56,888 nucleotides of DNA from an uncultured Pirellulaceae bacterium (GTDB lineage: Bacteria; Planctomycetota; Planctomycetia; Pirellulales; Pirellulaceae), in NCBI GenBank assembly GCA_964507695.1, contig CAZDSC010000008.1, positions 1 to 56,888 of the forward strand. Direction: 5' to 3'. The translations under genes and the position numbers were made by a program. Under the pieces are notes generated by a model that worked only from the letters and a program-made list of their open reading frames with translations, made no database searches and had not been told where the DNA came from. This document shows positions 1 to 7,764 of the stretch, piece by piece. Positions within the stretch are counted from its first letter, which is position 1. The number at the start of each line of letters is the position of its first letter.

Positions 1-144
1 GGCTTTCGGTCAAACAGGATTGGTTGCTTGGTAAAGCCGGAGTCGGCCTGTGTTCCAGCCAGAGTTGCTGAGCGAAACCAGGTTCGCTCTCGCAATTTGC
101 CCTAGATGATTTGCACTCAACTGCAAAAGGGCAGAAAGTTGAAG

Positions 145-217
145 TGACCCCTACGGGACTCGAACCCGTGTTGCCGCCGTGAAAGGGCGGAGTCCTAGAC
201 CGCTAGACGAAGGGGCC
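145..217 (-). tRNA. tRNA-Glu (anticodon UUC)
   Basis: The reverse complement reads GGCCCCTTCGTCTAGCGGTCTAGGACTCCGCCCTTTCACGGCGGCAACACGGGTTCGAGTCCCGTAGGGGTCA. It has a 7-bp acceptor stem (one G-U), a D arm, anticodon stem CCGCC/GGCGG with loop CTTTCAC (anticodon TTC), and T arm GGGTTCGAGTCCC. Length is 73 nt; CCA is not encoded. Confidence 0.93.
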
Positions 218-330
218 GTGATTGCCTGAAGCAGGTTTTTAATGCGGCAACCCCACACGCGTCAAGTGGTGTGCGCGTTCCGCTGCGGCGAATTTGAAAA
301 TCCAGAACAATCTCGGTCCGTTTACGACGA

Positions 331-543
331 CTACTCGGTTGCTGCCGCGTCACCACTGGCAGTATTCTTCTGCTCAGCTTCGCTGCGTTTGATGGCGTCG
401 TAGACTTCACGGCGGTGGACAGGAACTTCCTTGGGAGCTTCCACACCCAATCGAACCTTGTCGCCTCGGATCTCAACAACAACGATCGTAATGTCGTTGT
501 TGATGATGATGCTCTCGTTCTTTTTCCTCGACAGTACTAACAT
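331..543 (-). CDS. csrA: carbon storage regulator CsrA (RNA-binding translational regulator)
   Basis: The 70-aa [51 protein letters not shown] matches the CsrA signature throughout. An AAGGAA SD sits 6 nt before the ATG. Confidence 0.9.
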   Translation of the reverse strand: MLVLSRKKNESIIINNDITIVVVEIRGDKVRLGVEAPKEVPVHRREVYDAIKRSEAEQKNTASGDAAATE

Positions 544-733
544 GCCTGATTCCTTGCCGGGGCGTTCCTTATCGCCCTCTCAATGCAGGTGAGTGACCTG
601 TAAGATGGTCCACGGTTTTCGCCCAAAGTCCCTGCAGGCTTTGAACTTCCTTAACTCCACTCTACGTGCTTGTATACGTGAGTCAAGCAACCTCGCAGCG
701 AGTTAAATCTTTCTGTCAAGTACCCATTACGTA

Positions 734-746
734 AAATTGTCAATTT
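734..746. promoter_or_regulatory. 13-bp perfect palindrome AAATTG-T-CAATTT (candidate operator, copy 1)
   Basis: Read directly from the sequence, in the AT-rich part of the 885-bp csrA/nuoI divergent spacer. Confidence 0.35.
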
Positions 747-887
747 AGGGGTTGAGCCGGTTTCAACTCGGACCCCGTAATTGGGGTGCTTTTCGTAACG
801 TAAGTCTTTTTGTCGTTTGTGTTTGCGTTTTGTTGTGGTCGCGTGGACTAGACGGTCTGCCTAAAAGATGCAATGTCGCGTTAAGGG

Positions 888-900
888 AAATTGACAATTT
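888..900. promoter_or_regulatory. 13-bp perfect palindrome AAATTG-A-CAATTT (candidate operator, copy 2)
   Basis: Read directly from the sequence. The arms are identical to copy 1, and the centres are 154 bp apart. Confidence 0.35.
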
Positions 901-1339
901 ATGCGTGATTCTGGGCGCTATGTGAACTTCTTCAGCAGCTTCGGAATTCCAGAAATTTTCACGATTTTGTTGAAGTTCTGTTGAAAAGTGGGTTGCCGGA
1001 CACATGTTCAGGAAATGCGTAGATCGGGTGAATCCGGCTAGTCGAGGGCCTGTTCAGACGGTCTGAAAATGGGGGCCCGGTCTTAGGGCGCCCGTGGATG
1101 TCGGAGGCCGTGGTTGGCTCCGTGGTTGGCTAGGTCGGGGTGTGATTGGGGCCGAGCCTGTTCGGTGCCGAGACGATGGCGGAGGCGTCAGCTCGGGATG
1201 ATGTCGACGGTGTGTCGACCCGGATGATTTCGAAATCTGATCGCGACTGCCGGCCACGGCTTTGGTAGCTTTGTGCTGGTCAATTCAAGGCCGGAATGCA
1301 CCTTGGTCAGAAAGCCGGCGTGATCCTGATGAGGGTCGC

Positions 1340-1367
1340 TTGCGGGTATCGAGACCACGTCTATAAT
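1340..1367 (+). promoter_or_regulatory. candidate sigma70-type promoter for nuoI (TTGCGG-16 nt-TATAAT)
   Basis: -35 TTGCGG at 1340-1345, a 16-nt spacer, and a perfect -10 TATAAT at 1362-1367, about 60 nt upstream of the nuoI ATG. Confidence 0.3.
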
Positions 1368-1428
1368 CCGGAACTAGAACTCTTTGAGGCACCAGCACTT
1401 CTTCGGGCCGTCGGGCTATTCGATATCG

Positions 1429-1956
1429 ATGATTACTTGGTCTAGAAATCTGTTCACTGCGGTCGGCACGGTGCTGAGCGGAATGGTTGTCACGCTTCGA
1501 TACTGGTTGAAAACGTACCAAGCTGATCGCGGTACATTCACCGAGAAGTTCGAATACCCTGAGAAACCAGTGCCTGTCGCGGCTCGCTACCGCGGCTTTC
1601 ATCGTTTCGACCTCACGACCTGTATCGCATGCGACCAGTGTGCGAAGGCTTGTCCTGTCGATTGCATTTACATCGGCAAGGAAAAGGTCGAAGGAGGGAA
1701 GGGCTTCAAGATCACCGGTTATGCCATCGACTATTCAAAGTGCATGTTTTGTGCGTTGTGCGTCGAACCATGCCCGGTCGATTGTATCTTTATGGGGGGC
1801 ACGCACGATCTGAGTTGTTACAGCCGCGATGGCTGCATCGTGGATTATTCGCGGCTTCCAATTGACGTTGCTTGGGGAAGGGCAACCCTCAATCCCACAG
1901 CGGTCGCTCAGTCGAAGGTACTCGTTGAGCCCGTGCATGGTGGACCTAATCAGTAG
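1429..1956 (+). CDS. nuoI: NADH-quinone oxidoreductase subunit I (2x[4Fe-4S] ferredoxin subunit)
   Basis: Two CxxCxxCxxxCP motifs ([16 protein letters not shown] and [16 protein letters not shown]) and a NuoI-like N-terminal segment. I chose the ATG at 1429 over the TTG at 1384. Confidence 0.88.
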   Translation: MITWSRNLFTAVGTVLSGMVVTLRYWLKTYQADRGTFTEKFEYPEKPVPVAARYRGFHRFDLTTCIACDQCAKACPVDCIYIGKEKVEGGKGFKITGYAIDYSKCMFCALCVEPCPVDCIFMGGTHDLSCYSRDGCIVDYSRLPIDVAWGRATLNPTAVAQSKVLVEPVHGGPNQ

Positions 1957-1973
1957 GCCGGACGGCATAATTT

Positions 1974-2411
1974 ATGAAAAAACGATTGCTCTCTTCTTCT
2001 CCCAGGCTCTTCACTGTTGAGGAAGCCACGAAGACCATTCCATTGGTTGGCGCGATTGTTTCAGACTTGGTACCGCTTTGGAAATCGGTCAATAGCACCA
2101 GAAAACGCATCAGTCATCTGGTCGAAGATCGTGAGATGGAAGCGGGCAACCCCTACGCCGAAGAGATCGCTGCCGTTGAGGAGCGACTTGTCCGAGATTC
2201 GGAATTGGTGGAGGGTTTTGTGGATGAGTTGCGGCAGCTGGGCGTGGAATTCAAGGGGACTCGCGATTGCCACGCCTGCTTCCCTTCGATGCTCGATGGC
2301 CGACTGGTCTACCTCTCTTGGCAACTTGGTGAGCCGGAAGTCAGCCATTGGATGGAGCTTGATGGCGAATTCGCCGACCGGCAGAGTCTGGTCGCGGCAC
2401 CGTCTGTCTAG
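1974..2411 (+). CDS. DUF2203 family protein (unknown function)
   Basis: 145 aa. The N-terminal FTVEEATKTIPLV, a central coiled segment and the C-terminal FPSMLDGRLVYLSWQLGEPEVSHWMELDGEFADRQSL fit the DUF2203 pattern as I remember it. It starts 18 nt after nuoI. Confidence 0.65.
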   Translation: MKKRLLSSSPRLFTVEEATKTIPLVGAIVSDLVPLWKSVNSTRKRISHLVEDREMEAGNPYAEEIAAVEERLVRDSELVEGFVDELRQLGVEFKGTRDCHACFPSMLDGRLVYLSWQLGEPEVSHWMELDGEFADRQSLVAAPSV

Positions 2412-2592
2412 CAGGCAGTCAGTCGTTTGGACCGAGGCCGCAATCTGCGGTTATCGAATTTGCACGTGTTGCGTCGGGGTTGTCTCTGGAACTCTGGTCG
2501 GTCCGGGGTGATCCAACGTGTTTGATTGGTTTAGCTTGACTCGGCCTTGCGGTTACACCCCAAGGTTCTACTCAGACGGCTTAGGGGTGGTC

Positions 2593-2620
2593 TTGCGACT
2601 TTGGGAATCAGGTTTAGAAT
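2593..2620 (+). promoter_or_regulatory. candidate sigma70-type promoter for nuoA (TTGCGA-16 nt-TAGAAT)
   Basis: -35 TTGCGA at 2593-2598, a 16-nt spacer, and -10 TAGAAT at 2615-2620, 34 nt upstream of the nuoA ATG. Confidence 0.3.
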
Positions 2621-2653
2621 CCACGGTTTACTAAATTTCCGCGAGGCCTGAAC

Positions 2654-3349
2654 ATGCTTTTCGCTAGTGCTCTCAGTTCATCGACCGCGATTGTTGGCTA
2701 CCTCGCGTTATTCGCTGTGTTGGGATTTGGGTTCATCTTCGTGAACCTGTTGGTCGGTTACTTCCTGAGGCCAGCCGATCCGCATGCGGAAAAGCAGGAG
2801 ATTTACGAGTGTGGTGAACCGACGATTGGCTCGAGCTACGTCCAGTTCGATCTCCGGTTTTACGTGGTCGCGCTGATCTTCATCATCTTCGACGTCGAAG
2901 TGGCGTTCCTCTTTCCTTGGGCGACCGTGTTTGGCAAGTCGACCAACTTGATGCACTCCAAGGAAGCCGTCGTGCAGACGATTGACGGCGAGACAACGCT
3001 CACTCCTTTGGCGACGAACGTTTACAAGGAACTGGGCATTCGCTCGCCCGGGCTGCCCGCGGGTGTTCCCAGCAGTGAGCTTGATGCCGCCGTACGACGC
3101 CCTGGAAGCGTAACGCCCGGGGGCGACGCGAGCTCGTCTGAGGCCGGCAACTACGGTCTGGCGACCTTGGCGCTGATTGAGGGTGCCGTATTTTTCATGA
3201 TTTTGCTGGTTGGTTTCGCTTACGAATGGCGGATGGGTGCTTTGGATTGGGTGAAATCGATCCGCGCTCAGGATGAAGTTGCCAGTCGTGTCTCGCGTCC
3301 GAGGTCGACTTCCTCCAGGACTTCGCAAGAATCAATTTTGTCCGCATAA
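2654..3349 (+). CDS. nuoA: NADH-quinone oxidoreductase subunit A, expanded (231 aa)
   Basis: YECGEPTIGSSYVQFDLRFYVVALIFIIFDVEVAFLFPW is the NuoA core and FAYEWRMGALDW is the conserved end. About 70 extra residues lie between TM2 and TM3, and there is a 30-aa Ser/Arg-rich tail. Confidence 0.85.
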   Translation: MLFASALSSSTAIVGYLALFAVLGFGFIFVNLLVGYFLRPADPHAEKQEIYECGEPTIGSSYVQFDLRFYVVALIFIIFDVEVAFLFPWATVFGKSTNLMHSKEAVVQTIDGETTLTPLATNVYKELGIRSPGLPAGVPSSELDAAVRRPGSVTPGGDASSSEAGNYGLATLALIEGAVFFMILLVGFAYEWRMGALDWVKSIRAQDEVASRVSRPRSTSSRTSQESILSA

Positions 3350-3361
3350 CTAGCGGCGTAG

Positions 3362-3901
3362 GTGTATGAGATGGCTGGCGAAGAATTCATTAAGTCACTG
3401 AATGCCAAATTCGGAGACAAGGTTACCGGCGGTAACTTTGAGGCGGTTGATCCCTGGATCGAAGTTTCTCCGGACGGGCTCATCGAGGTGATGACCTACC
3501 TGAAGTCGGATGATGCTCTGCAATTCGACATGCTGAACTGCATTACGGCGGTTGATTACTTTCAGCCCGATCCCAAGAAGGCAGCGAAGGCCGGCTTTGA
3601 TCCTCACCTGCAGGTCGTATATCACCTCTCCAGCATTTCGAAGAAGCATACGCTGGTGGTGAAGGTCATGTTGCCACGCTGGAAGGATGACGTCGAAGGA
3701 CAGCTGCCCGAGGTGCCCTCGGTCTGTTCGATTTGGCGTACGGCGGACTGGCACGAGCGTGAGGTTTACGACCTGTCCGGTGTCAACTTTGTTGGCCATC
3801 CGGACCTTTGCCGCATCCTTTGTCCCGAGGACTGGGTGGGGCATCCATTACGGCGGGATTACGAAATGCCACTCGAATACCACGGCATTCGCGGCCGCTA
3901 G
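3362..3901 (+). CDS. nuoC: NADH-quinone oxidoreductase subunit C (30-kDa subunit)
   Basis: MLNCITAVDY and WHEREVYDLSGVNFVGHPDLCRILCPEDWVGHPLRRDY are NuoC signatures. It starts only 12 nt after the nuoA stop, which leaves no room for nuoB. Confidence 0.88.
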   Translation: MYEMAGEEFIKSLNAKFGDKVTGGNFEAVDPWIEVSPDGLIEVMTYLKSDDALQFDMLNCITAVDYFQPDPKKAAKAGFDPHLQVVYHLSSISKKHTLVVKVMLPRWKDDVEGQLPEVPSVCSIWRTADWHEREVYDLSGVNFVGHPDLCRILCPEDWVGHPLRRDYEMPLEYHGIRGR

Positions 3902-3983
3902 TCAACGGGCTACCGTAGATCAGTTCAGCGACTAGCGTGAATTGATTGCTGAAACACATACCGCAAATTCAAGACGGAAACTC

Positions 3984-5183
3984 ATGGCGACCGCTCCAGA
4001 TCAAGTAGTAGAATTCGACGTTCGAACGGACGAAATGCTCGTCAATATGGGGCCTCAGCACCCGAGCACGCACGGCGTACTTCGTTTGGTGTTGCGGACC
4101 GACGGCGAGATTGTTTCCGAGGTGACGCCGCACTTGGGTTACCTCCATCGTTGTGCCGAAAAGATTGGTGAAAACCTGACTCCCCGGCAATGGGTCCCTT
4201 ACACGGACCGGATGGATTACCTGGCCGCCATGAACATGAATCTCGGCTGGTCGCTTTGCGTTGAGAAGTTGCTCGACCATGACTTGTCCGACAAGGCAAA
4301 GCATTTGCGGGTGATCATTGCTGAGATGGGGCGGATTGCCAGTCATCTGGTCGGGATGGGGACCTATGGATTGGACCTTGGTAGTTTTAGTCCTTTCTTG
4401 TACGCCTTCCGCGAGCGAGAGAAGATCCTGGATCTTTTCGAGGAGGCTTGCGGTGCCCGTTTGACGTACAGCTACATCACGCCCGGCGGTTGCACCGCAG
4501 ATCTTCCCAAGGGTTGGTTGAAGCGGTGTGAAGAGTTTCTTGATCAGTTTTTGCCAGTGATTGCCGAGTATCACACGCTGCTGACAACAAACGCCATCTT
4601 CGTCAAACGAACGGCTGGTATCGGCATTCTTTCCCCGGAAATGTCGATCGATTACGGCTGCACGGGTGCTGTACTGCGTGGTAGCGGCGTTGATTACGAT
4701 CTTCGGCGTGATGGCGAGGAACGCTACACGGACATGTACGACGGATATGCGTTCGAGGTGATTTGCGAGCGGGATGGCCACTATCCGAACGATCACGAAT
4801 ACCCGGCAGTCCCACACGATGCTGTGTTGGGAGATTGTTGGCATCGCTTCTATGTGCGAATGCTCGAAGTGATTCAGGCTATCGATTTGACGCGGCAAGC
4901 GATCGATCGGTACAGCACAGCCTCAGGCGACTACGGGGTACCGATCAAGTTGACGACGAAGTTGCCCAAGGGTGAGGCGTATCTCGAAACGGAGTGCCCT
5001 CGAGGCCAGATGGGCTTCTATCTGGTGAGTGACGGCAACGCGATTCCGTGGCGAGTTCGAGCTCGCAGCAGCTGTTTCAGTAACCTGTCGGTCTGTCCGG
5101 AATTGTGCCGAGGGATTCCGATTGCGGATATCCCCGCAGTAATCGGCTCGCTGGATATCGTGATGGGCGAGATCGACCGCTAG
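3984..5183 (+). CDS. nuoD: NADH-quinone oxidoreductase subunit D (49-kDa subunit)
   Basis: MLVNMGPQHPSTHGVLRLVLRTDGEIV is present, and the C-terminal SLDIVMGEIDR is typical of NuoD. I preferred the ATG at 3984 over the TTG at 3942. Confidence 0.92.
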   Translation: MATAPDQVVEFDVRTDEMLVNMGPQHPSTHGVLRLVLRTDGEIVSEVTPHLGYLHRCAEKIGENLTPRQWVPYTDRMDYLAAMNMNLGWSLCVEKLLDHDLSDKAKHLRVIIAEMGRIASHLVGMGTYGLDLGSFSPFLYAFREREKILDLFEEACGARLTYSYITPGGCTADLPKGWLKRCEEFLDQFLPVIAEYHTLLTTNAIFVKRTAGIGILSPEMSIDYGCTGAVLRGSGVDYDLRRDGEERYTDMYDGYAFEVICERDGHYPNDHEYPAVPHDAVLGDCWHRFYVRMLEVIQAIDLTRQAIDRYSTASGDYGVPIKLTTKLPKGEAYLETECPRGQMGFYLVSDGNAIPWRVRARSSCFSNLSVCPELCRGIPIADIPAVIGSLDIVMGEIDR

Positions 5184-5462
5184 ATTTGTCCTGCGGATTG
5201 GCCATCTGGTGTCCCGTGGCAGTTGTCAGTTGGTTGGCATTTTTATCGTGTGTCTGAGGCTATCGGTCGTCAGCACGAGGGGACAAGGTGACGGCCTCTG
5301 TTGGTCGTTGCAGATTCGCGGATTCTGATCGGCCTTGGAGAGCATTTTGCGTCTGTTTTCGTGTGGATTGGGGGCTGTACCTGAAACGGGAACTGTGCCA
5401 TATTCCACGATCTTACAAACGACAATACGTTGCCTGACGGTCAGCGCGGCACGAGGGAAATT

Positions 5463-6794
5463 GTGGCCGAGATAATTGATAGATTTCTGGATACGTGGTT
5501 CTTCTGGATCATTCCCGAATCGTGGACGGCGCCTGCGTATATCATCACCGCTCTGATTCACGCCGCATTGTTGATCAACGTCATCGCCGTGGGCGCCTTG
5601 GTCTTCATCTGGATGGAACGTAAGGTTTCCGGCCGTATTCAGGATCGGCTTGGACCGACTCGTGTGGGCGGTGCCTTCGGATGGCTTCAGACGCTGGCCG
5701 ACGGAATCAAGTTGGTCTCGAAAGAGGACATCATGCCCGACGGGGCTGATCCACTGCTCTTTAAGATTGCTCCTTACTGCAGTTTCGCCGCCAGCTTCGC
5801 TGCGTTTATCGCCTTGCCCTTTGCGAGTGGCTGGGCCGCACAGATTTCCAATGTTGCTGTCTTCTTCGTCTTGGCTGTGTTGGGGCTGGAAGTCTTTGGT
5901 GTGATCCTGGCCGGATATGGTTCCGGTTCCAAGTGGTCTCTGTTCGGCGGCATGCGTGAGGCGGCACAGGTCGTCAGTTACGAGGTGCCATTAGGTCTGG
6001 CGGCGCTGATTCCGGTTTGTCTGGTCGGTTCGATGAATTTGGTGACGATCGCCGACCGTCAGGCTGGTCTGTTTACGAACTGGCTGATCTTTCATGACCC
6101 ATTTATTCTGATCGCCTTCTGTGTGTTTTTCACGTGTGCGATGGCGAGTGTGAACCGAGCTCCGTTTGACCTTGCTGAGGCCGAAAGTGAATTGGTGGCA
6201 GGTTTCCATACGGAATACTCCGGCTTGCGTTGGAGTGTCTTCTTTATGGCGGAATACGGTTCGATGTTCCTGGTCAGTGCTTTGGCCGCCATTCTGTTTT
6301 TTGGCGGGTGGCACGGTCCAATCCCTGTCTTCGGTATTCTGTCGCAGGCGTTAGGCGTTGAGTTTGCTTACGAGGCGGGTGCGACCGAGTTCAGTCTGTT
6401 TGGTGCGATCGCAAATGTTGCCGGCGTTGCAAACTTGATTTTGAAGGCGGTTGTCGGTGTCACGTTCATGATCTGGGTTCGCTGGACTTTTCCTCGCTTG
6501 CGAATCGATCAGGTCATCACGATGTGTTGGAAATATTGTGTGCCAATTGGGGCCATGGCTTTTGTTGGTTCAGTGTTTGTGTGGCAGTATCTCGGTTTGC
6601 CTTGGGTGAATGATATTGCTCCGCATCAACCGAACTTGGCCGTGCGGGAGTCTTGGGTGCTTGAGTCACCTCCGTCGCCTGTAGTTGAGGCCGACGAGGC
6701 AGAGTTGCCCGAGGCCGGTCCGACTGCTCGGAAGGCTGATGCCTTGCCTGACGCGTTGGTTGAGGCTCGATTGCACGAGGGGGCTGTCAGGTGA
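5463..6794 (+). CDS. nuoH: NADH-quinone oxidoreductase subunit H
   Basis: ERKVSGRIQDRLGPTRVG, LADGIKL and polytopic membrane character. The GTG at 5463 follows GAGGGA, but the start is uncertain (a TTG at 5430 is possible). There is a roughly 60-aa acidic/Pro-rich C-terminal tail. The stop overlaps the nuoJ start (GTGA). Confidence 0.88.
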   Translation: MAEIIDRFLDTWFFWIIPESWTAPAYIITALIHAALLINVIAVGALVFIWMERKVSGRIQDRLGPTRVGGAFGWLQTLADGIKLVSKEDIMPDGADPLLFKIAPYCSFAASFAAFIALPFASGWAAQISNVAVFFVLAVLGLEVFGVILAGYGSGSKWSLFGGMREAAQVVSYEVPLGLAALIPVCLVGSMNLVTIADRQAGLFTNWLIFHDPFILIAFCVFFTCAMASVNRAPFDLAEAESELVAGFHTEYSGLRWSVFFMAEYGSMFLVSALAAILFFGGWHGPIPVFGILSQALGVEFAYEAGATEFSLFGAIANVAGVANLILKAVVGVTFMIWVRWTFPRLRIDQVITMCWKYCVPIGAMAFVGSVFVWQYLGLPWVNDIAPHQPNLAVRESWVLESPPSPVVEADEAELPEAGPTARKADALPDALVEARLHEGAVR

Positions 6795-7408
6795 TTTTGT
6801 TTGCTGCGATTAATTGGCATTCCGTATTCTTCCTGTTGGCGGCAGGTTTCGCTTGTGTGTTTGCACTTGGCGTGCTGTTTTCCAGCAACGTAGTGCGGAT
6901 GGCCTTCTATTTGATTGTTTCACTCGCTGCGACCGCCGGACTGTTCATGCTCGCAGGGGCCAAGTTCCTCGGCGCCATGCAAATCATGATTTACGTCGGT
7001 GGCACGTTGGTGCTGTTGATCTTTGGGGTCATGCTCACGGCTCAGGCGTCATACGTTTCGATGAAGACGAGCGGCGGGGAATGGGTGGCCAGTTTGGTCG
7101 TCGGGGGCGCGATGCTGCTCATGCTGCTTCAGGCTGCCATTAGCGTGGATGACTGGACGACTCCGCGATCTGACACGGCCGCCTTGGCGTCGGCAGAGAT
7201 CGAGACTGCCTCGGCGATTGGTGGCGCGTTTATCAATGTACGCGTCGATTCCATGAGCGAGTCCGGGGGAGAGCCCGCGGAAGGTCTGTCGGGTTATCTG
7301 CTTCCGTTTGAGATTGTTTCGATTCACTTGCTGGTGGTGCTGATTGGCGCTGCTTTTCTGGCACGTAACAAGAAGCGTGTCGGTTCTGCCGCAGACGTGG
7401 CTAATTAA
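6791..7408 (+). CDS. nuoJ: NADH-quinone oxidoreductase subunit J
   Basis: A NuoJ-like N-terminal half (FLGAMQIMIYVGGTLVLLIFGVML), with position and coupling inside the nuo cluster. Confidence 0.85.
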   Translation: MILFAAINWHSVFFLLAAGFACVFALGVLFSSNVVRMAFYLIVSLAATAGLFMLAGAKFLGAMQIMIYVGGTLVLLIFGVMLTAQASYVSMKTSGGEWVASLVVGGAMLLMLLQAAISVDDWTTPRSDTAALASAEIETASAIGGAFINVRVDSMSESGGEPAEGLSGYLLPFEIVSIHLLVVLIGAAFLARNKKRVGSAADVAN

Positions 7409-7428
7409 ACATCGGATTGATTCTAGAT

Positions 7429-7764
7429 ATGAACCTGTTTACCGAACCCGTCGGCGTGTCGCACTACATGGTTGTCGGTGCCGTTATGTTCGTGACTGGC
7501 GTGCTGTGCATGGCCACCAAGCGAAACGCACTGGGGGTATTGATGGGGATCGAGTTGGTTTTGAATGGAGCCAACATTAATTTTATTGCGTTCGGCAGTC
7601 CGCTGTTGCGCGAGAGTCATTTGGGATTGGACGGTCAACTGATCGCCTTGTTTGTGATCGTTTTGGCGGCTGCGGAAGCAGCTGTCGCTCTCGCTATTGC
7701 TTTGAACTTTTACAACAGCTTTTCGACCATCGACATCGACAAGGCAGACAAGCTTAAGGGTTAA
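7429..7764 (+). CDS. nuoK: NADH-quinone oxidoreductase subunit K
   Basis: 111 aa and 3 TM. GIELVLNGANINFIAF and LAAAEAAVALAIAL match NuoK. The stop TAA shares one nucleotide with the nuoL ATG. Confidence 0.9.
   Translation: MNLFTEPVGVSHYMVVGAVMFVTGVLCMATKRNALGVLMGIELVLNGANINFIAFGSPLLRESHLGLDGQLIALFVIVLAAAEAAVALAIALNFYNSFSTIDIDKADKLKG

Noticed and set aside
195-482. A 95-aa minus-strand ORF overlapping csrA and abutting the tRNA.
   Set aside because: It overlaps the well-supported csrA frame, and the protein is unrecognisable and Arg/Ser/Thr-rich.
1108-1131. The tandem doublet CCGTGGTTGGCT x2, and a similar doublet TATCGGAACG x2 near 48346-48370.
   Set aside because: They are real but only two short copies each, with no positional argument. 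I noted them as minor and not worth a separate finding.
544-1384. A possible CsrB/RsmZ-like sponge RNA with many GGA motifs next to csrA.
   Set aside because: I counted roughly a dozen GGA triplets on the plus strand in about 840 nt. That is about the random expectation, and they are not arranged in repeated hairpin loops.
763-1602. Three minus-strand ORFs (763-1005, 1054-1257, 1285-1602) in the csrA/nuoI spacer.
   Set aside because: The products are Pro/Arg/Ser-rich with no motifs, and the last overlaps nuoI. I treat the spacer as non-coding.
3350-3361. A hidden nuoB between nuoA and nuoC, or in alternative frames of the locus.
   Set aside because: The gap is only 12 nt. No ORF in the window shows the NuoB cysteine motifs, so the gene is absent from this window.
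5226-5561. A 111-aa minus-strand ORF in the nuoD-nuoH spacer.
   Set aside because: It overlaps the nuoH 5' end and has no motifs. It is more likely non-coding spacer containing the nuoH promoter.
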